A stretch of 56,697 bases of DNA, filler included, from Sphacelaria rigidula (lineage: Eukaryota): NCBI GenBank assembly GCA_964200075.2. It is 7 parts of 7 records of this genome, joined end to end, with 100 filler letters (N's around TTAATTAATTAA, not from the genome) between each part and the next. Parts side by side here need not be neighbours in the genome. Positions count along the whole stretch, not along the records: positions 8,116 to 16,130 come from CAXNAA020012640.1; positions 16,231 to 24,244 come from CAXNAA020012641.1; 5 more parts are not named here. One strand, written 5' to 3'. The translations under genes and the position numbers were made by a program. Positions 12,450 through 24,344 of the stretch are shown here, piece after piece (position 1 is the first letter of the stretch; each line of letters opens with the position of its first letter). The notes under the pieces were generated by a model. It was not told the DNA's origin. It saw only the letters and a program-made list of their open reading frames with translations, and ran no database searches.

Positions 12450-13052
12450 GTCCTATCTCTTCGCACTCCCTTTATCGCGGTTTTTATCTCCCCTCCTAGT
12501 TTGGTTCTGGTACTTTCCTTGTTCCCACTCAGGTACGCTCTCCTCTTCACTGCTTCACCTACGATGGCTCTCCTATCGCGCCTCGTCTCTACCCTCATCG
12601 GTCCCTTCGACGACTTCCTCTGGACCCCCTTCGCCCCCTTCCATTGGCCTCTGCGCTGCCGCCACCTTGTCTGGCTGGCACTCGACCCTATTCGGGTCGT
12701 TGAGTTTTTGTTTTCCTGCTTGAGATTGCCACTGTGTCCTTTGCGAAATTTCCCTTTGCTTTTTTTCTAGCTAGCGCGTCAAAGCATTGTGTGCTTTTTT
12801 CCGTCTGTTTGCCAACTCGCAGCAGCATTGTGTGCTACTGCGCAATCAACCGCAATTGCGTAATTGCAATTTTTTTAGGCACCTTTGGGTTTTCTTGTTG
12901 AGGTGTGGGAGGATCGGGCACCGGGTTGGTCATTGCCCTCCTCTTTCTTTTCGCGTTGTCTCCTGATGACTTGATGGGTGAGACAAGCCTCAATTTTAGT
13001 TGCTCTTGAGATTTTGTCGCGACTCAAATAGAGGTTCGTCTGGGTGGGTGAG

Positions 13053-13464
13053 TGTCATAAGGAAGGAAGATAGGGAGGTGTTATTTGTTCCCACAGACAA
13101 CTTTGGGGCAGGTTGGCTCACAGATCACTCGATCCATCCATGGGAATGTTCCCATCGTTCTGGGATCCATCCACGGGAATGCTCCCATCGTTCTGGGGAA
13201 GGTTGATGTACAGACTACGTTCTGGGGAAGGTTGGTGTACAGACTGGTGTACCCTAGCTGGGGATTGTTAGTGTGCAGGCTGACATGCCCTAGTCCCGAG
13301 GAGGCGAAACGCCTTCTCGGGCCGAGGTCGGATAGGTTGCGTTCCATGCACACTCGCTCACTCTTGACCTGCCCTTCGAGCCGGACATCTGCTTCTACTG
13401 TTTACATTTGGTGAAAACAGTGTGCTAGGCGCGCAAGGGAATAATAAGTGAGAGTTACAAGACA
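13053..13464 (+). mobile_element. Probable 3' LTR of the Gypsy element
   Basis: A G-rich tract (gggtgggtgag) immediately precedes TGTCATAA; the region ends ...TTACAAGACA (imperfect TG...CA inverted ends). Contains internal 33-bp and 29-bp tandem duplications. The 5' LTR is not present to confirm it. Confidence 0.6.
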
Positions 13465-14690
13465 TCAAGCCTTTGAGCTTCTTCTGCCTGCTTGCTACTC
13501 TTGACCATCGGTCACGTGAGCCTACCTGTGAATCATATAGCTTCCGGACATATCATTGCACCTCGTGCATAGCTCATTTCAGATCGATCTATCAAGGAAG
13601 GTGTGTGGAGTCTGTCCACAGCTATCCTTATTACATTATAACTCACCTGACCAAGATATGCATGAGTGAGTGATGCTGCTATAACTCACGGATGAGTTAT
13701 TGGAAAATGAGTTATGAAGAACAAACTTACTCGACCGAAAACACGCGGAAAACAGCGATCGACACAACTCACTCATGTAAGAGGAAACGCGTGATCACGT
13801 GACACGTCTGCTGGTACACATAGCGTGAAGGGCCTCGTAGTATATACACATATATCAATACTGCCGCAGGTGTAGTATCAAATCATGTACAATTCACGAG
13901 TATACAATATGAAAAAAATGTCCGTTTATTACGGTTTCACATTTCTGGACGGCCGGGCGGGGGGAGGGGGGGGGGGGGGGTATCCTTATTCTTCACTATT
14001 CGTACATTTGGCACGGGGTTAGGCAGGCACACAGGGAGTTTCTCCCTAACACGCTTGATACTGCATCACACCCCTCAAGTGGACCACCCAACTTTTTCGA
14101 CTTGCTTGGCACAGAGGTTTTCGCGAATGGTCTCTGAAAAGCACAGCTGGACTGAAAATTGTTTTTTTTTGCGTGCTTGATGAGGTGCCGCCTTCTACAT
14201 CGATCGCCTCGCATCCTTTTTCTTGTGCGGTAGCGTCGCTGGAGTTCGTAGTGGGTGCCAAAGTAGACTAATGTATCGTGTGTCGCATGCAAGGCAACTC
14301 TCTATGATCGTCGTGCACACGCCAAGCGTGTGGGTGTGGATGTGTGTGGATGTGTGTGTGGAAGGGGGTATCACACAAACCAAGCGGTAAAGATGAGCTA
14401 TCTCAAAACTCAGAACTCGGAACACAAAAGTGACGTGGCCGTGTCATGAGTCAAGGGGTAAATATGAGTAACTTCCGAATTCCGAACATAAAATTGCTCA
14501 GGACTCGGAACACAAACCTGAGTGACCTGGCTGTGTCGCATGAGTTAAGGGGTAGAGGTGAGCTATCTCAGAGGTCAGTCAGAACATCAAAGTAAGAGGG
14601 ACATCTCTGTGTACAGAATGAGCTGTTTCAGAACTCAGAACACATAACGGAGCTCAACATCATTCTTTTTATTCTGTGATTTTTCGTTCT

Positions 14691-15085
14691 ATAAATCACC
14701 CGGCCAGAATGTGCACCGCTGGGTATTTTTTATAACTCACTTGGCCAAGATATGCATAACTGAGTTATAGTTTATACCTCACCTGCCCGAGATATGCGTA
14801 CCTGAGTTATCGTTTATACCTCACCTGGCCAAAATATGCACCGATGAGTTATAGTTTATAACTCACCCAGCCAGAATGTTCGTAGCTGAGTTACAGTCTA
14901 TACCTCACCCAGCCAAAATGTGCATAATGAAATATAGTTTATAACCCACCCGGGCGGAATGCGTATGACTGAGTTATAGATTATAACTCACCTGCCCGAG
15001 ATACGCGTAACTGAGTTAAAGTTTATAACTCACCCGGGCAGAATGCGCATAACTGAGTGATGCTGCTATAACTCACTGGTGAGTT
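14691..15085. repeat. Minisatellite, about 9 diverged copies of a 42-bp unit with an internal palindrome
   Basis: Units start near 14691, 14732, 14774, 14816, 14858, 14900, 14941, 14983 and 15025; approximate consensus ATAACTCACCCGGCCARAATRTGCATAACTGAGTTATAGTTT. A related unit lies at about 13638-13700. Confidence 0.85.
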
Positions 15086-16130
15086 CTGCCAAAAAGAGTT
15101 AACTCGTGGTAACCTGAGTTGAGTTGTCCGACGTGTGCAATGTTACGTACAGTACCGACGATGCACAGTGGTTTCATAAAGCCGTATGGGCTGGCGGGTT
15201 CAAAATATGGCAGCACCGCATACTCGAGGTACGGCACGACACGGCACGGCACGGCACGACAAGGCATCAATAAACAGGCGGGGGATAGGGAAACTTGGCG
15301 GCTCGTTTTGCAGAACATTATAAAATTTTACCAACACGCTCATCATATGTATGATTCATGAGCTTCTCGACTAATCTCTATCGTGACTTGATCAACCCTC
15401 GCCCCACAAGACTGTGAGGTGAAATAATCCCTGCTTCGTTACACTTCACGCTACCTAACCCTTGAAGTACGCAGAGGAGAACTCGGCGCCTTTCGTTAAC
15501 ATACATCTATACTACTACTGTGCTCTCTCCTGCATCCCCCTCGCAACATACTCGTATACGCATTTTCCTCTTGGCACATATACCAACAAGTCTTCTTTCA
15601 AAGGACAGAGAGATGACATATTTCTGTCCCGCGACAGCCCCCCTCCCTCACCGCCCACTCGCCTGTTTCGGCCTGCTTGTCCCAAGTGCCACCTCTTGAA
15701 AAACAAATAACACGGTCGTACAAATTCAACACCAACTTTCTGCTCTTCGAAAAAAAATGTCCTCTTCGTTTCTGAATTCCCAACCTCCGTGAAAAAGCAG
15801 CGTTGCCCTGTAGCCAAATGATACCAAGCCGTAGGGTTTCAGTATAATTGCGTGCATGATTGGAGCTGTGGCAGAGGACAGGGGATCCTGGATTGTTAGC
15901 CCTTTTCTGTGAGGCCCATTGCTGTCTGGCTAGTGATCTGTTGAGGATCACTCCGAGATAATAAGAAGTTAGAAAAAAGGACTTATCGAGCACGAGGCCA
16001 GTGGTACTGGAGGAGTCTCTCGTTGAAAGTCCTCTTATCCAGATCGTCTGGCAGAGGCTACAGAGTGATGCTACGGTAGAGGTAAAGAAATAATTTCTGA
16101 GATTAAAATTGTTAGGAGCCCCTTATCTCA

Positions 16131-16230
16131 NNNNNNNNNNNNNNNNNNNNNNNNNNNNNNNNNNNNNNNNNNNNTTAATTAATTAANNNNNNNNNNNNNN
16201 NNNNNNNNNNNNNNNNNNNNNNNNNNNNNN
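16131..16230. other. Artificial contig spacer
   Basis: 44 N + TTAATTAATTAA + 44 N. Confidence 0.98.
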
Positions 16231-17112
16231 ATGTGGATACGAAGATTTTAATCCTCCGGGTTCTCATCCTCAATCAAAAGCACCATCCTCAACATAGATC
16301 GGCTGTTATAACTGTGTGATTCGAATCGGGTGTACTCACAACGCCGACAACAACCTGTGATACCCTCATGACGCACACAAGATACCTCCCTCGTGATCGA
16401 TGACACCCTGAGTACGGGAACCGTTTCATCACTAGTTGCACCGTTCCATCCGGCTCGTGTACACAATCGTGTTAGCACTACCTGCGTAACCCGGGTGACA
16501 GAGATAATAATCTGTACGACGTGTGAAAACATTCACTCAAGATTTATGGTATATGAATCAACGGTGGGAAACATGTACACTTGATTTATGCTGTATGAAT
16601 GACACGCGGGAATGTGTACGTTCCGTGTAGTGTCGCACGAATCACGATCCCACTCCCTATCCAAATCACAATTCGTGTACGAATCGTTCGGTCACTCCTG
16701 CAGAAACGGAGTATGAGAGGAATCGAGTTTTTTTCTCATACCGTGTGAGACGGCCCGACTGACCGACGCAGAGACAGACGTGTAACTTTACTGCACTGGT
16801 ACACCTATAATAACGATGATACCGGCCAGTCATACCACCCCTTCAGCACACGACAAAGACGGCTGAGGGATCTTGACTGCAACGAGAACCACTCTCACGG
16901 TAAAAAAAAAAACACACACACACACCTGCCCAAGCACGAACACTCCACTTCAACATTTTGGCCCAAGCGGGAAAATACACACACAAAAGAAAGTACCCTT
17001 TAAATGCACCACACCTCGAAATAATACATCGACAGAAAACACAAATACATGAATACGGGGGGATTGCTACGACATACACGAATTACGCTGCAACAATGAA
17101 TATAATGTACGA

Positions 17113-17352
17113 TTAGGCCTCCGGTAGCGGGGGTGGTGGCGGCGCACAGGCATCTCGTGGGGGCGGTTTGCATGCATCCTTTGAGGGAGGGGCGCATGCA
17201 TCCGACGATCCCACTTGCTGCACGGAAGGTGGAGGGGGAGTACAAGCATCTGGAGTTGGTGGTGGAGGACAGGCCTCCGGCGGTGATGTTGCTGTTGTGG
17301 CAGCGGCAGCGGCAGCATCTACTGCAGCCGCGCCTGAAAGGAAATACTGCAC
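17113..17352 (-). CDS. Probable terminal exon of the thioredoxin: end of last helix plus Ala/Pro/Cys-rich tail
   Basis: Minus-strand pyrimidine-rich tract then CCACGCAG acceptor, phase 0. Encodes VQYFLSGAAAVDAAAAAA...PPEACPPPP...DAC x4...LPEA-stop. VQYFL completes the thioredoxin C-terminal helix begun in the exon at 22062-22196. Confidence 0.6.
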   Translation of the reverse strand: MQYFLSGAAAVDAAAAAATTATSPPEACPPPPTPDACTPPPPSVQQVGSSDACAPPSKDACKPPPRDACAPPPPPLPEA

Positions 17353-19089
17353 CTGCGTGGTTCGACGGTAGTGGGGCCGGAGAGGGGAGAAGGTGGGACG
17401 GGCGGAGCATGTTGGTTCATAGCACTGTTCACGACGTACACCCTACGAGAAATTAGCAGTGGGTACATGTGTTCGTGTGCCCTACTCGTGAGTGTGCCAC
17501 CCCAGTCTGTACTCTACATATCAATCTAGACCAGGGCAAACACCGCTTGTCACCACTTGTGGACCACCGCCGATGCTCGCCCCATCGACCAGGGATTTTC
17601 AAGCCAGTGAAGAGCCTTTTTATTTGATTCGCCTGTTAAGAATACAAGACATTGATGCTGAGACAGGTGGTCCAAACATGAGAGCCTCAACAATTTTTGG
17701 GCAAGAATTGTGGCATATTCGAAATAGGTAACAATAAACGACATTTCAAAATGTACCAAAACCCGCTGTTTTGCATGTGCGTGGGATATATTTTAGATGG
17801 GAGGGTTGTGTATCGGTACCGTCCTTCACACCGATATCTCGGAATAATACGATTCATCGTACGAGTATCTTACCGGAAATTGGGACCAATCCCTCGGCCA
17901 TTTGCAGGTGTCGGGAATATAGCAGGATAGTGGGATAGTATGATATATAGGGGTGCCGATGGATCGTGAATGGGGAGAATAAGGAGAAGCGGCAGAACAT
18001 GCTGGGTATTCGCCGTCCTGTTCGACGAACTTGGGGAGGGGAAGGTTCCGAAGCTCTCACCGATATCGTGTAACTCGTCAAGAGCGTATGCGGCGTCTTA
18101 TTGCGAATGGGTGGGCAAGTAAACTGAACTTGGACGTGGGCTTCGCACAAAATGATTGCCCTTGATTGTGCAAATATTGGTGCGGCCAGATGCCCAATCT
18201 TCGCGAAGGCGTCATCTTGGTGTTGACGTATACTGTGTGTTGGTCTTCATTCCTATGTGCTCGCCGAGGATTTCCGTCGCCGATATTCCTTCAGTTTTTC
18301 ATGTTCAAAGTTGTTCCTGTGATTGCTGCATGACCGTTTCACACGCATATCGTGGGCATGGTTTTGTAGGATTTGATTTGAAGCCAAATCGCGCATATTT
18401 TTTGCCTCCGGCAGCGATTCCAGCGAGGCTCCATCTCCAGCCGAGGGGGGGAATCGGAGGCTTTTCATGCTCATCTTATGACATCTCATGCCCTGAGGAA
18501 ACGTATGCACCCCGGACGGCGTACCGATCCGTCAACAATTGAGAACCCTACAAGAGTACTCTTCATTTGGATCAAGGCAAATACACACAGATTGCGAACA
18601 GTCCTGTTCCGCGGTTGTGAGAGCAAGAGCTCGTAATTGTTGTCAGTGTCGGTCCCGAAACCGTTGAATTTCGAAGCTTGACGCTATACAAAAATCTCTT
18701 CTGACTTGCAACAATATTGTGTGATTCTTCCGCTACGTCCTACTCTTCCTTCACCATTACGCAGGTAAAGTTCATGAGTTTCGAGCATGCTTAAAGAAAC
18801 ATGTTGCTCTAGGTGAATATGAGCCGCATAACATTATATCAAGCACAAGACTACTAGCTGTGATATTGCCTGCTGGATCTGTGTGCTCTCAAGGGGAGAA
18901 GGACACGGACGCTGCGCCTACAGTGTTTGAACACCACTTCACAGTATTGTCGCGGTAATGTTTCCCAGTTTCGATCTTGCTCAGTAGTCCCAGTTCCGTT
19001 CCTCACAAATGTCTTGACATGTGACAATTACAACATGAATTGCTCATCTCGAAAAACCTGACCCCAATCTTAACCCTGACACGAAATTC

Positions 19090-19320
19090 GCCTTAACGAT
19101 CAAGAAGACAAGGGGACTGCTGGATCCCTCTCGCGATAGAGGTAGGGCAAGCACCGCGAAAGAGATGTTGAGAACTAAGCAAACAAAAAAAAACTCCTGT
19201 GTTGGCCCTCCTGCGTGATCCCGGCTGGTGCGCCCACAAAAACCGAAAGGTGTAGGCCAGCATCCAGAATAGATGGGACGACAACATAGCACACACAAGA
19301 AAAGAGCTGCCAACTATGGT
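19090..19320 (-). repeat. Dispersed repeat family; other copies at about 36370-36640 and 7915-8010
   Basis: Shared ttgtcgtccca...cagccgggatcac...ggccaacacagga...gcggtg.ttgcc...atcgcg.ga.gg.tccagc.gtccc. Two copies lie in or beside host gene introns; the 7915-8010 copy covers only the 5' part. Confidence 0.7.
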
Positions 19321-20825
19321 TGACTTCACACGGAACGTAGAGTTCAATGGGCCAGTGCACAGCCAATCGATATTTTCACACACGCGTTAATTTCTTGCAA
19401 AACCTCTGTCGTACCGCAGAGCGACTGCACCGAACCCACCCCCAGGAGGGGGTCCGATTCACAACTGTCGTACCCAACCCTTATCCTGTAAGGGGGTCGT
19501 TTTTGCTGGGTCTGAGGCCCTCGCCTGGCGCCTTAACGTGCAATTGTGGAAGCCACACAATATTACGAAGGAAATGAATACCCGCACACACGGTAAAGCG
19601 GAGATGAATGCGTTACAGGAAACAGGTCCAACACTGACATGAGTGAGGGGATTACAAATCGTCACACTCGTACACACGAATCCCCGTGCCCTGGGTAACG
19701 GAACCCTACGATAGCAGGAGCTTGACCCCATGACCGCGAGGATAGACGATCCACAAAATCGGCGTTGCTGCATCTTGTTCTTGAGGTTGAGATATTTGTT
19801 TTTTTGAGATTTATATTGATGCTGATTCAACAGATCGCCTACCCTCACCGTCAAAGGGCTAAGATGACAGAGCCGCCGCAGGAAGCTGGAGGGACATTCC
19901 ATGCTCTGTAACCTGGACAAGTTCGGTTTTGCGCCGACCACCCTGGCTCACGGCCAATCCTTGTCCTAAATATCAAGAGGGACAATACGCCTCGCATTGG
20001 ACAGATATCCATTTCCGCGTGACTCCGACAAAAGCAGACACAATCTACCCCCAAAATGAAGGGTAAATGATCATATTGAAGATAGTATACCTTGGACACC
20101 TCATGAGCTACCTGAAATAACTGATCGAAGAGGACTATCAGATCGCCTGTCCAAGAACACAAAATAAGTGAGAGCGGGGTCAGAGATGCCAAAGCGCCAC
20201 TTTTGTGCTACTCCGCGTGCTCGGCGTCCACGTGAGCTAGCTCATGATCCGGATCAGTACACTAATCGACTTTTGAATAGCTAGCTCACGAGCTGTCCGA
20301 CCTGTGTAACATAGCGGTTGATGGAATTTGCGCATCCGGGGATGGTGCCATATCGTCCTCCATGTTTCGGAGGAGCTCAACCTTTATTGGCTATATAGTA
20401 CAAAAAGGTGATGTGATACAATATGATTCTCGAGTACCGGATGGGCTCACTACTGCATAAAAACGCGTCTCCGGCGCACACAGAACGAACAGGAGCAAAA
20501 CGTACCACAACACGCAGGGTACCTGCAACAGTATGGCAAAAAACTGTGCCGTATTACCCCATTCTCGACATCGAAGAGGGGCTGGTAACGATCCCATTGG
20601 TGGCGGTATGGTGCGAAAATCAATTTACCCCAATTTTGCTCGATCGCTGAAATGTAGTGCGCGTATAGCTGACATCAAAGTAGGAACAGCGGCATCTCTT
20701 TTGGCTCTTGACTCTTCACCGTTCGAACGTTACGGCGAAAAAAAACACTGGAAAGAATATGTACAAAAATGTGCTGTTTTTCCATGCCCCTTGGAATGTA
20801 CTCATTTTGGATTCTACGAGTGAGG

Positions 20826-21065
20826 CTTGAGAGTTAAGGCCTGAAATATTGAGGAGAGAAGTTCATCGACCGTTCGAAGGGAGTGGTGAGCGGTACTACA
20901 TTCCTTACTCAAATCTTCTTGATATCACAACCGATCAAAACAGACATTCATTCAGGATATTCCCTCATATGACCCAACCCCAGGAATCATCATTTCAACA
21001 CTGAGATGCCGTTCGAAAAATTAACGCGCTCCTCTCCTCAATAACTCAGGGATCAAATCTCGAGC
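20826..21065. mobile_element. Small MITE-like inverted-repeat element
   Basis: cctgaaatattgaggagagaag near 20840 is an imperfect inverted match of ctcctctcctcaataactcagg near 21030. Confidence 0.4.
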
Positions 21066-22002
21066 AAAAAACGCCGAGAGCACTTTTTTCATCCCGAGCA
21101 GTGGAACCAGCTTGGACGAGACGAAAAGCACCCGAGGGTGACGAGTGAGGGGCAGGACGGAAATGCCGTCACAACCCGAAGATATTTTTGAACCTGATGC
21201 CCCTGTTCCACATGATCGAACGACCTGGAGATATCATACCATTAATACGATCATTTGAAAAATGAACTTGACCATAACACGAAGAGGTTCTGAACCTAGT
21301 CCAATGCTTTGACTCCGTTGCCTATTAGGGGAAACGGGAAGACAGAGGGGTACTAAGCAACGTTAGAGCGAGCCGAGGATGTGAAGGGGAATTATGTACG
21401 TACGGGCGTAATATAACCACGCACCCATCAAGCAGAGTATCGTCTTGCCCTGCGTTTGCCCACTAAACACAACTTTAACAGCAACAGCACAGGTAGCACA
21501 GGTAGAAAAGCAACTGCTACCATTTCTCGCTGGCTAATCAGCGAACGACACTAGGAGCATTTTAGCGCGTGAAAGAACCGAAAACGGAAGCCTTGATCAT
21601 AACCCAGAGAAAATTTGAACCCAATATCCACACCCGGCCCGGCCAGCACCATCAACCGACGCGGAGATGACATAATCTTGGTCGTTCCAGCGCGCGAGAT
21701 AGAAAGCGCAACGAAAACCCTGACAATCATGCGCAGGTACGTCTTCAACCCAATATTCCTGCCCAGCTTTATATTGAGACGGAAGACTCGAGAAGGAGAT
21801 GGGAACTAGTGGTGGGTCTGGCGCGGGAAAGGCAAATCAAGAAAGGAAGGTGTCGGACATGATCCGAGAACGTTCCGAAAACGATAATCTTCCACTCCAC
21901 CAAGTACAGATCCTCCCCGACAGCTCCGAGGTGATGAGGTGAGTGATATCCACGAGAGGAATAAACCCAACGGGTCCAGAAACGTTTCGAATCTGATAGT
22001 TT

Positions 22003-22033
<31 letters not shown>
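22003..22033. repeat. (CA)n microsatellite in the thioredoxin intron
   Basis: About 15 CA units. Confidence 0.9.
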
Positions 22034-22037
<4 letters not shown>

Positions 22038-22061
22038 CCTCTTCAATATTGAACGACTCGC

Positions 22062-22196
22062 CTGCTGAACGAGCTGATCACCCGGCAGACATCCCTCTAT
22101 TCTCTGCAACTCCCTTCCGTTCTTGAACAGAATCAGGGTAGGCAGGCCCGCCACGCTGAATTTTTCAGCAAGCGCCGGATACTTGTCTGTGTCGAT
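22062..22196 (-). CDS. Thioredoxin (y-type-like), internal exon; active-site exon not found in this contig
   Basis: CAG acceptor; 135 nt, phase 0. Encodes IDTDKYPALAEKFSVAGLPTLILFKNGRELQRIEGCLPGDQLVQQ, with the cis-Pro LPT and FKxG motifs of thioredoxins; IDTxKYP resembles Trx y. Followed by a CAG|GCGAGT donor. Confidence 0.88.
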
Positions 22197-22783
22197 CTGT
22201 CACGGACAACAACGGCAGAGACGATAACGAGGCTGAGCCAGGACATTGCGCATGCAAGTTATCGACGAGAGGATAAGGGGAGGGTGAGCAGTAGAAAGCG
22301 AGGCCGAATCGTCGTGAACAGGTCATGCTTTCATGTTATCTATAGGTGCAATGTAACAATCACGACCCTACCACTCAAGGTGCCAACAGCACGCTCAAGA
22401 AAAAAAAAAAGCAAGTCCCCCATCCACAAACACAAAAACAGAACCACTCGGAATATACACGCATGTCTAGCTTTCCGTTTCCATCCCTTGCCGCCATGGG
22501 TGTACTGTTCAATACAAGAGTTACTCCTCCGCACTATCATACACACGGTTGAAAAACACCTTGTTGGCACCTTTTAAGCTACCGAGGATGAGTAAACCGT
22601 ACGCTATTGGTCAAAGCTTCTCTCAAATTTTGAAGGCCGCCGCGTGCATAACATTTTACAGCCTTCGATGGCTCTTCTGCATACAGGGCACAGACTACCC
22701 TGATAACAAGAGTGATGACGCCCTACGAACACGCGGACATAGTTAGAGAGTATTACACTCATCAATGAGCAAGCGTTACTACA

Positions 22784-23411
22784 CAGTAGGTGGCCCGATA
22801 TAGCGGTGCTCTGCATAGCGGAACGTCCGCTTTAGCGGCATCAAAATCGCTCGGCACCGCGTCGAGCCGATATAGCGGCAGAATGCCGCTTTTGAGGACA
22901 TATCTCTCGACAACGGCATTTTGGGGGTGTTTGGCCCCCACAATAGCGGCTTTCTTCTATCAGCGCGCCCTTTTACGTCGTTTTACTGTGTCGTTTCACT
23001 CCTGCGCGTTGTGGATGCTTGTGTTTCAGTTCGTGTCGCACTGATTACACGCTATCCCGATAGAAATTCTCGTGTGGCTTGGACGAGCAGCGTATACATA
23101 CGTCTCAGAAAACGTGGTGGGCAGAAATCGGAGCGTCTCTATATGAATGCACAACACAAGAACACCAATAAAACTGCTGTGTATATAATTTGAAAATGCC
23201 AAACTACGACGAGGCCACTTACCACGTCCGAAGTAGAACACACACCACTACGAAACAGCGCGCAGGGGACCAGATTCCACGAAGAGCTGTCGCTGAAAGA
23301 CAGCACACAGCCATTTCTCCTCTAAAGCGGCAAAATTGCCGCTATTACCGTACCCAATAGCGGCATTTGTTCCTCCTGACATTGTATGCCACTGTATCGG
23401 GCCACCTACTG
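22784..23411. mobile_element. Tc1/mariner (pogo-like) MITE
   Basis: TIR cagtaggtggcccgata / tatcgggccacctactg; TA on the right flank, CA on the left (possibly a mutated TA). Internal repeated tagcggc motifs. Confidence 0.7.
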
Positions 23412-24244
23412 TAAAGGTAATGCGGCTAGAACGAATCTCGGCCGCAAGACTGTACTGCGCACCATGTACTACACGCATAACAAGCTCGTGCATGGTCAAG
23501 CCTGAGGACACAGAGTGGTGTTGCTGCTTTGGCGATACTTGTCCAGCAGAAGGCTGATGCCTACCACGCAAAGGGTAACGAGGGTTAGGTCTGAGGTGTG
23601 GTCACCGATGACGCCTTTTAGCTGTTTTCATCAGTCGTCGTGTGCAAGCAGTCTTTTGAAGTTTGCTGCTTCTTTTCTTCGTGTTCCTGATTTTTGGGTC
23701 GTAAGCGGCCACTCATCGAGATATCACTTGTTTTCATGGTAGGTTGAAAGTCCTCGAAAATTTGGAAACAGCCGCCGTACTGAGTCAAAGTTAATAGCGG
23801 CGAAAGCTATTCCATGTTGGAACCAATGTGAATCACTTGACATTCCCCTGTGGGATACTGTTGAATTTGGGGTTATTCAGGGTACAGGTCATGGCTGCCA
23901 CTATTTTTGGAATATGTCGACCACCGTCTCGAAATGGAAACGATTTTGTAATGTGCGACACCGTCCGATAATTGCCACCTCCCACGGCCCGGAGAGATCA
24001 TTTTGTGGATTCTGGGCACAGCATCCATACATGGGGATACTTTTGTAGCAAATTAAATTATTTGCGCGAAGCGCGATCACGTCCGAGCGTTCAAGATCGG
24101 CACCCTGCACAGATTGAGGGCCCGTTTAAAATCAGCCGAAGAACAAAAACATGAAACATGTCTTCTTTCACTGTACTGCAGCACAAACACAGTCACGTCC
24201 GCTCTCATGTGCTGCAGCTATCACTGTTCTGTGGTGTGTTTAGA

Positions 24245-24344
24245 NNNNNNNNNNNNNNNNNNNNNNNNNNNNNNNNNNNNNNNNNNNNTTAATTAATTAA
24301 NNNNNNNNNNNNNNNNNNNNNNNNNNNNNNNNNNNNNNNNNNNN
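24245..24344. other. Artificial contig spacer
   Basis: 44 N + TTAATTAATTAA + 44 N. Confidence 0.98.

Noticed and set aside
14691..15085. CRISPR array
   Set aside because: The variable segments are homologous to one another rather than unique spacers, the repeats are degenerate, there are no cas genes, and the context is eukaryotic.
21769..22061. CVCVCV-rich C-terminal extension of the thioredoxin ORF
   Set aside because: This is read-through into intronic (CA)n sequence past the GC donor.
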